IMG/VR virus record: IMGVR_UViG_3300030104_002039
Coordinates: 1 to 51,364 of that record
DNA: 51,364 nt
Direction: 5' to 3' (one strand)
Origin: a virus
Taxonomy: Duplodnaviria > Caudoviricetes
The notes under the pieces are model-generated. The model saw nothing but the letters and a program-made list of their open reading frames with translations. It had not been told where the DNA came from and ran no database searches. Below are positions 38,792 through 49,140 of the stretch, piece after piece; positions within the stretch are counted from its first letter, which is position 1; each line of letters starts with the position of its first letter. A program made the position numbers and the translations under genes.

Positions 38792-39610
38792 TTAATTTAA
38801 TCTTTTTTCAATATTGGAGTAAATCTCCATACCTTCGTCAGTTTTAAACCAAGCAGCTAAAGCTGAATAAGGGTGTTCATCAAACGGAACATTCATTAAC
38901 TTTCTGTCATTAGAACCCCATGAAAAAGTTCTTTGATCAGAAGACAATTTTAATATCCCCATTTCAGTTGCTCTAATACCAAAGTTTCTAAGTACGACAT
39001 TTTCATCGTTTACTAACTCTAAGAACAACTCTGGGTTTCTCTTAGCGTATAATAGTAAATCTCTTTTAAGTTCCTTAGAACTCATTTCTGATACCTTAGA
39101 ACCGACTTCAACACGCATAATAGCTTCAGCCATATCTATATCCATAGATTGAGCGGCGTTCAATGCTTCTATTTCTAATTCTAAGTTTTGAACTTCATTG
39201 TTAGCTACAGCCTCTGGTTTCCACTCGTAATAAATAATACCGTTCATTGGGTGGTATTTTGAAAGTAGTTTTTGTAATACTGTTTTTTCTTTTGGTACGT
39301 TTAAGTATCCGTTTCTAAAAATAATATGAGATAATCTTTGATCACCTTTCATCTCATCCACAAACGTTGTTCTTTGGTTTTCGCAGTATTTTAATTCTCT
39401 CTCATAACCTAATTCTTTATCAAACCAATATATGTTTGCAGATTTAATCATTTTAGATAAAGGTTTTTTATCGCCTTTTAACATATACATCCTATCCTTT
39501 ATTTCCCATTTAGGTTTTTTAGATTCAACTTTTTTAGGTTTTGGTGTTTCAACAACCGGTGTTTCAACAACAGGTACCTCTACCTTTTCTGTTTTTTGTT
39601 TTTTTGCCAT
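38792..39610 (-). CDS. Conserved crAss-like protein downstream of the MCP
   Basis: GYERELKYCENQ..FVDE and WFKTDEG motifs; position in the core block. Confidence 0.65.
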   Translation of the reverse strand: MAKKQKTEKVEVPVVETPVVETPKPKKVESKKPKWEIKDRMYMLKGDKKPLSKMIKSANIYWFDKELGYERELKYCENQRTTFVDEMKGDQRLSHIIFRNGYLNVPKEKTVLQKLLSKYHPMNGIIYYEWKPEAVANNEVQNLELEIEALNAAQSMDIDMAEAIMRVEVGSKVSEMSSKELKRDLLLYAKRNPELFLELVNDENVVLRNFGIRATEMGILKLSSDQRTFSWGSNDRKLMNVPFDEHPYSALAAWFKTDEGMEIYSNIEKRLN

Positions 39611-39634
39611 AATATAATATATAATAAAATTAAT

Positions 39635-39669
39635 AAAAATAAAGGGTCGAGGCCGAAGCCTCGATCCTT
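39635..39669 (-). terminator. Intrinsic terminator after the major capsid gene
   Basis: Minus strand AGGATCGAGGC-TTCG-GCCTCGACCCT followed by TTATTTTT; C(UUCG)G tetraloop. Confidence 0.88.
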
Positions 39670-39683
39670 AATATAATAAATGC

Positions 39684-41129
39684 TTAGTTCATTAACATGA
39701 AGTTGTTAGCACCTTGAGTAACTAAACATCTTTCAGATAAGTAGTTTACTCGCATTGCATCTAACTCAGATGTAGCAGCTCCAACAGAACCAGTAACCCA
39801 AGTCTTCATTTTTCTATCATCAGTTTGTGAAGCTCTATAACGTACGTGCAAGAAAGGTCTCTTAAGATTTTTTCCTAACATTTGGTCATAAACTGAAGAT
39901 ACACCAGCAGGAACAATAACTCCTCTAATTGCATCAGCAGTAGCTCTTGCGTTAATAGCACCTCTAGTACCAGCATCGTTTAAGTATTTCCAGTCAGATT
40001 TGTAGAAGTCATAAGATCCACGTCTAAAACCAGAGAAACCTAAGTTTAATGCCATGTCTTCAGAATTGTCAAATACTCCGTAAGAAGTACCACCAGCTCC
40101 GTAAGAATTCATAGAAGCTAACATGTCATCCATTGCTAACGACGTAGCTCTGTTTACAAACATCATGTTTTCTTCAATAGCACCTTGAGAATCAAACTCA
40201 GCTAAAATAGCGTCAAACTCAGCTAAATCAGTAGCAGCGTTAACACCAGTAACACCAGAAGTTGAATTACCTCTAGTAGAAATAGCATCAAATAAACCTT
40301 GAGTACCACCTTGTGGTAAAGCGCCACCGTTAGTTTGTGTATCAAGAGTTGTATCATTTGCGATTTCAACACCTTCAAGACATGTCATCTCACAGTTGTC
40401 AGCAAATCTCATTCTAGTTTCACCTTCAGCTTTTAAGTACCATAAGTAACCAGTAGCACCATCTTCACCAGCTACTTCAACCCAACCTACAGCAGAAACA
40501 TCTGATCCAGAAACGTGATACATGTCTCTTAAGATAACTGGCTTGTTAGTGAAAGATAAGAAATCTGGCTCGTTAGCCGTAGTATATGGAGTATCAGAAC
40601 CTTTAGGGAATTCAGAACCATACTTAAGAATAGTAACAGCCTCGTCACCCATACCAATACCAGCTTCACTTGCGTGACCTTGAGTGTAAGGTAAAACTGT
40701 AACAACATCAGTTGCTACAACAGTAACCCTACCTGGATACGTTACAGTAGCAGAAGCTACTAAACAAGTATCACCAACACGTAAACCATGAGATCCAGCA
40801 ACGTAAGTTGCATTTGTTCCAGCGTGAGCTGTAACTGTTACTTCAGAAGCAGACGCATCTATTGTACCTGTGTACGCTAAATGTAATCTACCTTGTTCAG
40901 ACCAGATGACTCTATCAGCCGTCATAGCCTCTTCAGCTCCTACTTGTGCAAGAAAACCTGAGATTGTTCTGTTTCCAAAAACCTCAGCTTCTTTTTCCAT
41001 AAGATCTGGTAAATATTGTTGTGCCCATCCTTCAGTAGCCGCCGTAGTAAAATCTACGTAATTTGAAGCTAATGTTGATTGGATTGGGCTTGGAGTCAAG
41101 TTAAGTGACCCACCTGCAGTAATTGCCAT
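39684..41129 (-). CDS. Major capsid protein
   Basis: 481 aa, biased codon use (many GCT/AAC/TTC), QQYLPDL...WSEQGRLH...SERCLVTQGANNF; order portal-scaffold-MCP-terminator. Confidence 0.88.
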   Translation of the reverse strand: MAITAGGSLNLTPSPIQSTLASNYVDFTTAATEGWAQQYLPDLMEKEAEVFGNRTISGFLAQVGAEEAMTADRVIWSEQGRLHLAYTGTIDASASEVTVTAHAGTNATYVAGSHGLRVGDTCLVASATVTYPGRVTVVATDVVTVLPYTQGHASEAGIGMGDEAVTILKYGSEFPKGSDTPYTTANEPDFLSFTNKPVILRDMYHVSGSDVSAVGWVEVAGEDGATGYLWYLKAEGETRMRFADNCEMTCLEGVEIANDTTLDTQTNGGALPQGGTQGLFDAISTRGNSTSGVTGVNAATDLAEFDAILAEFDSQGAIEENMMFVNRATSLAMDDMLASMNSYGAGGTSYGVFDNSEDMALNLGFSGFRRGSYDFYKSDWKYLNDAGTRGAINARATADAIRGVIVPAGVSSVYDQMLGKNLKRPFLHVRYRASQTDDRKMKTWVTGSVGAATSELDAMRVNYLSERCLVTQGANNFMLMN

Positions 41130-41149
41130 AATTTTAAATTTTTAAATTG

Positions 41150-42328
41150 TTATTTATTTTTGTTTCTAATTTTGAAATCAGAAGAGTTTTGCCCTAGCAC
41201 CTTGAACTTCATACCACCTGCTTCAATTTTCCCATGACTTTGTCTTGGATTCATATCTACGTTTTTGGCTTTAGCAATACTATTTTTCATAGCATCTGCT
41301 TTTCCTTGTTCGTAAAAGTGTTTTGCAACAGCATCTGCATTCATTGCTGTGTACAGAGATTTATGATAACCCTTAGCGTCTGTTAAAGCAGAGTTCTTAT
41401 CCAAAAACTTTTTGGTGAAATTGCTTATGTCGCTCTGAGTGTTTTTAACCTCTTCAGCATTGTTTACATTAAACCTGTATTTCTTGTCACCGACGTTATA
41501 TTCAAAACCTTTGAACTTGTCGTTAAAAACCTGCTCGGTTTTCTGTGTAAAAATATCAGAGTTTGTTTTAACTGTTTTTTGAGTTGCTTCTGATTCCTTG
41601 TTATATCTATTAAAGAAATCTATAGCTTTCTGTTGTTCAGTCGTGAGTTTCGATCCAGCTTTAATATCTTCATAGTATTTAGACTTTTGCCCGTCTAAGT
41701 GGCTTTTAGCGCTGGCAACTTGCTCTTTAAGCGCTAATTTCTTTCTACGTATATCTCTATCGTCATCTACATCTTCGTCATAAGAGAACGTATCTTCCAT
41801 AAGGAAGTTAATTTCTTCGTTATCTAAATGAGGTTTTGTTTGCTTGTAGTATTCTCTTAACAAAGCATTGTCATCTAGTTTGCTATAATCTTGATTAAGT
41901 TTTACATAATCACTTAAATCACCCCCAGTATCTTCCATAAAGTCCATTAACTTTTGAATATTCTCTGGTAGTGGTTTTCCGGTGGCTTCAGCTTCTGCTA
42001 CAGCTTCTTCTATTTTTTCTTCTACTTCAGTAACTTCTTCTTTGGTAGAATCTTCAGTTATTTCTTCTAATACTGGAGTTTCTTGTGCTTCTGCTTCCGG
42101 TTGTGTTTCTTCTTGCTCTTGTGCAGGCTCGGTATTTTTAGACTCTGCAGCTACTTCGTTGTTATCAGTGTTGTCTTCTTTAGTTTCATTTTTTTCTTTT
42201 GGTGGTGGATTATTTAGATCTACTTTAATAATGCTATCATCACCAGCAGATTCAAATTTACTTTCGTTAACCTGCTCTATTTTTTCTTGTGTAGTTTCTT
42301 CAACTACGTTTTCATTTTTTTCTTCCAT
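41150..42328 (-). CDS. Probable capsid scaffolding protein
   Basis: Very acidic E-rich N-terminal part, helical C-terminal part, basic tail; lies between portal and MCP. Confidence 0.7.
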   Translation of the reverse strand: MEEKNENVVEETTQEKIEQVNESKFESAGDDSIIKVDLNNPPPKEKNETKEDNTDNNEVAAESKNTEPAQEQEETQPEAEAQETPVLEEITEDSTKEEVTEVEEKIEEAVAEAEATGKPLPENIQKLMDFMEDTGGDLSDYVKLNQDYSKLDDNALLREYYKQTKPHLDNEEINFLMEDTFSYDEDVDDDRDIRRKKLALKEQVASAKSHLDGQKSKYYEDIKAGSKLTTEQQKAIDFFNRYNKESEATQKTVKTNSDIFTQKTEQVFNDKFKGFEYNVGDKKYRFNVNNAEEVKNTQSDISNFTKKFLDKNSALTDAKGYHKSLYTAMNADAVAKHFYEQGKADAMKNSIAKAKNVDMNPRQSHGKIEAGGMKFKVLGQNSSDFKIRNKNK

Positions 42329-42355
42329 AATATAATATAATAATAATTAATAAAT

Positions 42356-44776
42356 TTACCTAGGTCCAAAAGAACTTAAATCAAAACCTCCCTCCATTAA
42401 ATCATTACCTGAAGACTCAAAGTTTTTTGGTGGTTTTCCTGATTTTCTTTGTTCAATCATTTCGCTTTGTTGAGATGCTTGTAATTTTGTTCTTTTGTCT
42501 TTTCTATCTTCTTTTACTTGCTCTCTTGATTTGTAACCTTCAGCTTCAACACTTTTAAGCTGCATGTTCATTTCAAATTCCATTTGCATTAACTCTTTTT
42601 TAAGGTTTGCTTCTTGCTGCATTTTTTGAGAATCAATTTGAGCTTTCATTTGTTGTAGCTTAACTTCGTTTTCTAATAACACTTGATTTTTTTGAACATC
42701 TAATTGTGCAGCCATTTGCGCTGACTGATTGTTAGACTTAGTTTGAGCTTCTATGTTTTGCAGTTGTAATTGTCTATCTCTTTCTTCTTTTCTTTTTCTA
42801 CGTAGCTTTAAAAGTTTATTAGCTAGTTTTACGTTTCTAATTTCTCTTAAATCAATAGCGTCTTCTACGTTTATATTTTTTTGTTGAATAGCCATTTGAA
42901 TATTGTTTTCTAACATGGCTTTTTCTTCTTCATCTGGTTGTAATTCTATAAATATTCCAAAATCATATAAGTGTAATTCTTTTATTTCATCAAGAGTTGC
43001 TACATTATGTGCTCCAATTGCTTGTATAAAAGCATCTGCGGTTGGAGAATATTCTAATATATCTGAAACTCTTAAAGATAAACACTCTGCCGTTTCTGCT
43101 GTTAAATATAGTCCCGCTTGTAAAATATGCCTTGTTGCTGTATTTGAATTTGCAGCGGCTAATTTTTGAACACCTACTAAAGCATTTTTATCTGGCATAC
43201 TACCGTCTCTAGCTTCATTTAACCCTGTAGTATCTCTAATCATTTGTAAATAGTAATTATAAGTACCAATTAAACTCTGTAGTTTAGCCCCACCATTTCC
43301 TGATTGTATTTCTTGAATAGGAACTTTACCAGGGTTCATATCACCATCAGAAGTAAAAGATCTACCAATTACACTACCTGTTTGGAAGAACATGTTTAAT
43401 GCTTCTTGAGGATTATAGTTTGTTCCATTACCTAAGTCTATTTCAGCAAGTCCATCCGCATCTAAATAAACACCATCTGGCGTTATTCTAGACATAACCT
43501 GTTGTAACTTTAAGTGTGTTAACTGTATCATGTCAGCAAAACCAGTTATACGTTTTACTAAACTTTCTATTTTACCATTGTATATTCTAGGTGCTACAAT
43601 AGCGTAGTTCATTTTAACTTTAGTAAAATCACTTTTAGGTCTCATCATGTTTGTGGCCATTTCCCATTTAAGTAGTTTTTCTGTGCCTAAAATCATAACG
43701 CCTTCATACAAGCACTCTATAGACCTTAATATTCTGCTATACCCACCTTCCATATCTTCCGGAGGATTAAACGAATCGTCTTTAGGAATAATTTTTTCAG
43801 CACCACTACCAGTTTCTTTTACTTTATAGACTTCGTTCATATAAGTTTTATAATTAAAATATAAAACCTGTATAGTGTTATTATCTTCTTTGTCATAACT
43901 ATGTGTTGAATTATAGTTAGACCTGTTATTGTGTTTATTTTTCATTATATCCTCAAGATCAGCTTCTGTTAAATGAGGAAATTGTTTTGCTAATTCGTTC
44001 ACAGGGATACTCTTTACTTCGCCAACATAATATATGTCATCAAAATAAGGAGAATCACTATATGAATAAACCAAATTAGCTGGATCTACATATTTTATAG
44101 TTACACCTTCTGAAGTTGTAAAATCTGTTTTAACCGCTCCAATACCTAAGACAGTAAGATCGTAATAAAACCTTTTTTTAGTTAATTCATATTTATTTCC
44201 TTCAAACAAAACTTTTAAAGCTTGTTCTTCTGCTAGCTCAATAGCTTGCTTATAATTAAGTTGCATGTGTATACCTAGCTCTTCAGTGTCTTCTGGTAGT
44301 TCTTTGACTTGACTTTCTTTTAAATCTACACCTAATTTAGCGTTTATTTCATCATCAAAAGATTTCATTTTCATGTCTTGCATTAAAGCCTCCATGTAGT
44401 CTGTTCTTTTTTGTATACCATTAGGTGATTGCGAATAAGCTTTTACATCATATAACCTTTCAGATATACCATTAACAACTATATCTACAAATTTAGGTAT
44501 AATTGGAACTGGTGTCCAATCTAAATTTAAATAGGACAAATCACCATTTATAGATAACTCATCCTTGTATTTTTGTATAGACTGTTCGCCTCTAGCGTAT
44601 AGTCTTAAATTATGAAAATTATTATAGTTATTCTTATATTTATTAAGATTTCTATTATCATTAAACCATTCTGTTTGTATTGCTTTGCCTACTTTTAAAC
44701 CATAATCATAGCTTAACTTTTCAGCATCACTTACAGTTTGACTTGGGAAATAACTTTTAATGCCATACTCTGCCAT
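42356..44776 (-). CDS. Portal protein
   Basis: 806 aa after TerL; SYLNLDWTPVPIIPKFVDIVVNG and MIRDTTGLNEARDG; Q-rich C-terminal barrel. Confidence 0.88.
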   Translation of the reverse strand: MAEYGIKSYFPSQTVSDAEKLSYDYGLKVGKAIQTEWFNDNRNLNKYKNNYNNFHNLRLYARGEQSIQKYKDELSINGDLSYLNLDWTPVPIIPKFVDIVVNGISERLYDVKAYSQSPNGIQKRTDYMEALMQDMKMKSFDDEINAKLGVDLKESQVKELPEDTEELGIHMQLNYKQAIELAEEQALKVLFEGNKYELTKKRFYYDLTVLGIGAVKTDFTTSEGVTIKYVDPANLVYSYSDSPYFDDIYYVGEVKSIPVNELAKQFPHLTEADLEDIMKNKHNNRSNYNSTHSYDKEDNNTIQVLYFNYKTYMNEVYKVKETGSGAEKIIPKDDSFNPPEDMEGGYSRILRSIECLYEGVMILGTEKLLKWEMATNMMRPKSDFTKVKMNYAIVAPRIYNGKIESLVKRITGFADMIQLTHLKLQQVMSRITPDGVYLDADGLAEIDLGNGTNYNPQEALNMFFQTGSVIGRSFTSDGDMNPGKVPIQEIQSGNGGAKLQSLIGTYNYYLQMIRDTTGLNEARDGSMPDKNALVGVQKLAAANSNTATRHILQAGLYLTAETAECLSLRVSDILEYSPTADAFIQAIGAHNVATLDEIKELHLYDFGIFIELQPDEEEKAMLENNIQMAIQQKNINVEDAIDLREIRNVKLANKLLKLRRKRKEERDRQLQLQNIEAQTKSNNQSAQMAAQLDVQKNQVLLENEVKLQQMKAQIDSQKMQQEANLKKELMQMEFEMNMQLKSVEAEGYKSREQVKEDRKDKRTKLQASQQSEMIEQRKSGKPPKNFESSGNDLMEGGFDLSSFGPR

Positions 44777-44781
44777 ATTTA

Positions 44782-46995
44782 TTATTTAATTATTTGTGAA
44801 TTAGTTCCAGTATTAGTATACTTAGAAATGTTTATATTTAGTTTAGGTTTTTCAACCTTAGCGTTTGGAGCATATAAGTGTCTGTTGTTAGCCATTATAG
44901 CTAAACCACTACTTATAGTTGCATCAAACTTTGTTCTTTTCGTAATATCAAATCTACTCCAGTCGTTTAACAAGTCATTAAAGTACAAATCACCAAATGT
45001 TCCATCTTGATTCATACCAACGTGGTCTTGAATATACATTTCAATAGCAGCAGCGTGTGCTTGCTTTATATCTTCACTTGAGTTTGGCATGCCTCCAACT
45101 TCTTTTTCTGCTACAGATAATTTATTCCAAATTTTATCAGGCCTATTCATACTAAAACCTCTATAACCCCTACGCCTTAAATAATATAAAAGCCTAGGTT
45201 TATTATTTTCTGCTAGTATTGGCATACCATAAAACACTAACGCCATTAATACGTCTTCAAAGAATATTTCAGCTGTAGGTGGTCTTGATAAGTATTCTAA
45301 AAAAAAGCTATTCGCAGGAGCGTCTTCCATGCTAAACTTGGTTAGGCCGTGTAATGCTCCTTTAGAACCTTGACCATCTACAGTTCCCGATATATCGTAA
45401 GAGTCACAACCAAATGCACCTACGTGTTCATTACCAGGATGTTTTACACCATTTTTCAATATTACTCTATTTTGTAGCTGTTGAGGTGGTACCCAACTAA
45501 CTTTAAATCTTCCTTTTTTATCTGGATAAAATATAACTTGAGAATCTTTTATACCGTTTACCCATTGAAAATTACCAGTTGTAATACCAAGTGTTCTAGA
45601 CATTTCTTCGTTGTAATCTATTTGTTCGTATATTTTTACTAAATTAAATATACTATTTTTTGTTTCGTCACGAAAAGCATGCTCTTCAGTTCTTGGGAAT
45701 TGTCTATAAAACTCATTTAAAGCGTCTTGGTCATCTTTAAGCCCGTCTACTTCGTTTTGCCAGCTATCTATTACGCCTACATCTATCAGTTCACCGTCTG
45801 GGGCAAACACATCTGCGTTAGGAGTAGTGAATACTGGAACTCCGTGCTCGTCAATAAATCCTTCGTAGTTCCATTCCATTGGGATAAACAAAGAGTATAA
45901 ACCAGATTTTGTTTGACCATTTTTATTTCGTTTAGTGACATCTGATGCATTATATAATTTTTTAAAGTTATCACCACCTTTGTCTAAAGCGTTTGAAGTT
46001 GATCCCATCATACACTTTCCTATAATTCTACTACCTAATCTTAAACATGTCTTTGTAACCCTCCAGTTGTTTAGTATATTATCAGGTCTTTCCCATTTAC
46101 CGCTTTCATCATGCACTAGTAAATTAAGTTTTTCACCATCATAACTATTGTCACCCGTGTTCTTCCAATCTATTGTAGTATCTAGCCCTTTTATTTCTTC
46201 TAACTTTTCGTTAGCTGTTATTTTTTTTCTTGTAAACTTACTAGCAGGCACTCTATAGGCAAGTTCTGACTTAGGACGATCCATACCATCTTGAATAGGT
46301 TTAAAAAAAAACGGGTAGTTAATACTAATAGGTACCACTTTGTCAGTAAACATTTTTTTAGCATCAGAACCAGTTTTAGAAAGTATACCATATCTACTAT
46401 CACTCGCAAGAGTAGCTAAATTAACTGTTTCTGCAGATGACATAAACGAAAACCCTGATCTTCTGTTCTTTAAATAACACATACCATAGCATCTTTTATC
46501 TGCTTTACAAGCTTCCCAGAATATAAAAAACAATCTATTTGCTTCTCTAAAGTCAGGTGCGCCTACATCTATTTTACTCCATTGAAGGTACATGTAGTGG
46601 GCACCCGTTATATACGTTGGCTTATTGTTGTTCATAAACCAAAACCCTTCTTCTCTACGTTTAAATTCTTCGTCTATATAGTCGTACCACTTTTCTTTAT
46701 TACTTTCAGGATATGATTTCCAGTCAAATATATTTTTAAGTTTACTTAGTTCTTTTGGGTATTCTATTTTTTGCCATCTAGAGGATTTGTGCACGTGCAC
46801 TCGCATTGGTTCCATCGGCAAGCCGATACGCAAATTTTGTATTTCAACCACTTCGCCAATTTTTCCAGTTTTAGAGATAATGACGATATCATGTTCTTTA
46901 TTGTATCCATATTTCCATTTTTTAGATTTATTAAGACGACTAATAGTCGTTTTTTTAATAGGTTTTATTGTTTTAACTAAATTCTGCTCGTACAT
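44782..46995 (-). CDS. terL: Terminase large subunit
   Basis: KNRRSGFS (Walker A variant), LLVHDESGKW (Walker B), GSTSN, FGCDSYD nuclease motif, C-terminal FDATISSG. Confidence 0.92.
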   Translation of the reverse strand: MYEQNLVKTIKPIKKTTISRLNKSKKWKYGYNKEHDIVIISKTGKIGEVVEIQNLRIGLPMEPMRVHVHKSSRWQKIEYPKELSKLKNIFDWKSYPESNKEKWYDYIDEEFKRREEGFWFMNNNKPTYITGAHYMYLQWSKIDVGAPDFREANRLFFIFWEACKADKRCYGMCYLKNRRSGFSFMSSAETVNLATLASDSRYGILSKTGSDAKKMFTDKVVPISINYPFFFKPIQDGMDRPKSELAYRVPASKFTRKKITANEKLEEIKGLDTTIDWKNTGDNSYDGEKLNLLVHDESGKWERPDNILNNWRVTKTCLRLGSRIIGKCMMGSTSNALDKGGDNFKKLYNASDVTKRNKNGQTKSGLYSLFIPMEWNYEGFIDEHGVPVFTTPNADVFAPDGELIDVGVIDSWQNEVDGLKDDQDALNEFYRQFPRTEEHAFRDETKNSIFNLVKIYEQIDYNEEMSRTLGITTGNFQWVNGIKDSQVIFYPDKKGRFKVSWVPPQQLQNRVILKNGVKHPGNEHVGAFGCDSYDISGTVDGQGSKGALHGLTKFSMEDAPANSFFLEYLSRPPTAEIFFEDVLMALVFYGMPILAENNKPRLLYYLRRRGYRGFSMNRPDKIWNKLSVAEKEVGGMPNSSEDIKQAHAAAIEMYIQDHVGMNQDGTFGDLYFNDLLNDWSRFDITKRTKFDATISSGLAIMANNRHLYAPNAKVEKPKLNINISKYTNTGTNSQIIK

Positions 46996-47270
46996 TACTT
47001 AGATCTTCCTTCTGCAAATCCTTTAAATACTTTTTCTTTTTTATCTTCAGGTAATCTGCCTTCAAGTAAGTTTTCTTCTTCTTGAATTCTGTTAAGTATT
47101 TCAAACGCATCAAATATAGCTAGTTTTTTAGTGGCCGCTGCGTTTTTAAGTCTATCTGCTGATATATCATCGTCTGAATCTACAATTGCTTCTTTTGCTA
47201 CTTTAATTAGTTCTTCAACTGCTTTATGCCCAGCTTGGATTATATTCTTCTTCGTCTCCTTGATATTCAT
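46995..47270 (-). CDS. Small helical protein, possible terminase small subunit
   Basis: Probable start MNIKETKK at 47270 (91 aa); TAATG-coupled to terL; ADRLKNAAATKKLAIFDAFEIL. Confidence 0.55.
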   Translation of the reverse strand: MNIKETKKNIIQAGHKAVEELIKVAKEAIVDSDDDISADRLKNAAATKKLAIFDAFEILNRIQEEENLLEGRLPEDKKEKVFKGFAEGRSK

Positions 47271-47805
47271 ATTTGATTGTAATAAAATTAGATAAAACTC
47301 GATATAGTCTTTCGTTATCAACGACAAACTCGTATTGACTACTTGGTCTAAAACCAACTAAATCATTAACCTCTACTGTACCGTCTGAATATTTGACAAT
47401 ACCTTGTAATGGCTTTTCAGATTCAATATTAAATTGATCTATTGCTTTCAAAGGTTTTACAAAACAATAACCTTTTGGAGCTATCCACTTGTTTTTTCTT
47501 TTGTATAAAAAAATTTGATCGTGGTTTATAAAATAAGTAGATTCATTAAAATAAGCCCTACTATTTTTTTCAATACCTTTTACGTTATGCCACCTACGAA
47601 AAACATTGTGATGTACTATAACTGTATCTCCTGCTTTTATATTTGTATCACCAACAATTGGTATTGATATAACTTTAGCTTCTCTATTTATATATTGGTG
47701 GTTAAATATTTCAGTGTTAAGTATTAACTCTGAATCACCAACTTTTGTTTTATTGTTATATCTTTCCCCTTTTGGCGTTACAACAAAGTTGTGAACGCTT
47801 TTCAT
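47224..47805 (-). CDS. GroES-like co-chaperonin (apparently two GroES-like units)
   Basis: FVVTP...AKVISIP...IKAGDTVIV, then FVKP...GIVKY...VNDLVGF...EFVVDNERLYRV. Confidence 0.65.
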   Translation of the reverse strand: MKSVHNFVVTPKGERYNNKTKVGDSELILNTEIFNHQYINREAKVISIPIVGDTNIKAGDTVIVHHNVFRRWHNVKGIEKNSRAYFNESTYFINHDQIFLYKRKNKWIAPKGYCFVKPLKAIDQFNIESEKPLQGIVKYSDGTVEVNDLVGFRPSSQYEFVVDNERLYRVLSNFITIKYEYQGDEEEYNPSWA

Positions 47806-48026
47806 TAGTATTCGAGATTATATTCTACAGATACAGCCATGTTCTTGTTAAAATCTTTCCAAGGTAATACATTTTTATTTTTTCTAATATAAATAGAGTA
47901 CTTGTCATCTTCTTCTAATATATCACAAATAGTATGTCCACCGTAAACCTCTTGACCAACAGCGTAGTGCATAGCGTCGTTTTTATAATCTTTACCTACA
48001 CTAATCTTTCTTATCAGCTTCGCCAT
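47805..48026 (-). CDS. Conserved hypothetical phage protein
   Basis: IRKISVGKDYKNDAMHYAVGQEVYGGH; overlaps both neighbours. Confidence 0.75.
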   Translation of the reverse strand: MAKLIRKISVGKDYKNDAMHYAVGQEVYGGHTICDILEEDDKYSIYIRKNKNVLPWKDFNKNMAVSVEYNLEY

Positions 48027-48288
48027 TTTCTGGATAATTTATTGTTCCGTTTCTCAAATCAACATCTGTTGTGCCGTATTCTTTTTGCAGTTCATCTTGA
48101 AGCAGTACTAATTCATCTTTAAAACCAGCTATACGATGTGATATTTCGTGTTTTTGAAGCTCCATACGTCCTATTTCTAAAGTAGAAGCATTAATACTAT
48201 TTACTGTATTTTGAATTCTTTCTAGTTGATTGTCAGTTACTTTTTCTGGTTTAGACTTTAAGTCTACTATCTTTTCTTTTTTTGCCAT
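48001..48288 (-). CDS. Coiled-coil hypothetical protein
   Basis: Helical hairpin ending LQKEYGTTDVDLRNGTI. Confidence 0.7.
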   Translation of the reverse strand: MAKKEKIVDLKSKPEKVTDNQLERIQNTVNSINASTLEIGRMELQKHEISHRIAGFKDELVLLQDELQKEYGTTDVDLRNGTINYPENGEADKKD

Positions 48289-48315
48289 TTTTATTTAATT
48301 TAAGTTAATTTTATT

Positions 48316-49140
48316 TTATTGTCCTTCTATATAGTCAAATATTTCTTTTCTATCTCCTGAGCTAGCAGCGGTTCCATCCCACATAAGTACGTCTTTGAAA
48401 AAACCTTGAAAGTTACCACTATCATTATTTGCACCAGCACCCCCAGTATCTGTAGTTGCCCCTATATCACTTATTGTTATTTCACCAGCGTCTGTTAACT
48501 GACTACCTACTTGTGTTCCTGTTGCGGTGCCGTCTAAAGATTCGTTTCCTCTAATAAACACGTTTAAATTTCCTGTAGAACCATCACTTCTAACAATAAG
48601 AAGTGTATAATACTCATCAGTTGCCATGTTTCCACTGGCTAACGCAAAATCTCTATTTGTACCATTTATTTTAGCCCTTAAAGTGGTATTGTTATTTAAT
48701 CTTAAAAACTCGGTAGCACCACTACCCATAAGACCACGAGATTGGCTAAAGTTAGTGCATTTAAACCTTAAAGCTATTGTAAAATCTGTATTCGCATCTA
48801 AAACAACATTTGCAGAAAGATCCATAAACTTAATAGCATTGTGTAGCTTTATACCTCCAGCATCAGCAGCATCTGTTTCCCAAAGAGGTTTGTCTCCATA
48901 GACGTCTTGAACCGCATTTATACTAGTGTTACCAAAAGCATTCCAAGCATTAATTCGGTCTTCATCCCCCATGTTACCAGCAGCGGTACTATGATCGACT
49001 GACGAACTATCGCCCGAATTGTCTTGATCCGCAGTAATATTTTGATTAAACTTTAGCCACAATGTTAAGTTTGATAAACTTGCTGGTGTCCACTCTGATG
49101 GTGCGCCACCTGTTACTATGCTAGCTCCTAATCCTAACAT
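48316..49140 (-). CDS. Concanavalin A/LamG-like lectin-fold virion protein
   Basis: MLGLGASI start; WTPASL..LTLWL...DFTIALR...FQGFFKDVLMWD pattern. Confidence 0.65.
   Translation of the reverse strand: MLGLGASIVTGGAPSEWTPASLSNLTLWLKFNQNITADQDNSGDSSSVDHSTAAGNMGDEDRINAWNAFGNTSINAVQDVYGDKPLWETDAADAGGIKLHNAIKFMDLSANVVLDANTDFTIALRFKCTNFSQSRGLMGSGATEFLRLNNNTTLRAKINGTNRDFALASGNMATDEYYTLLIVRSDGSTGNLNVFIRGNESLDGTATGTQVGSQLTDAGEITISDIGATTDTGGAGANNDSGNFQGFFKDVLMWDGTAASSGDRKEIFDYIEGQ

Noticed and set aside
769-46995. Introns or inteins in nrdJ or terL
   Set aside because: Both ORFs are continuous and of ordinary length, with no intein termini or homing-endonuclease motifs.
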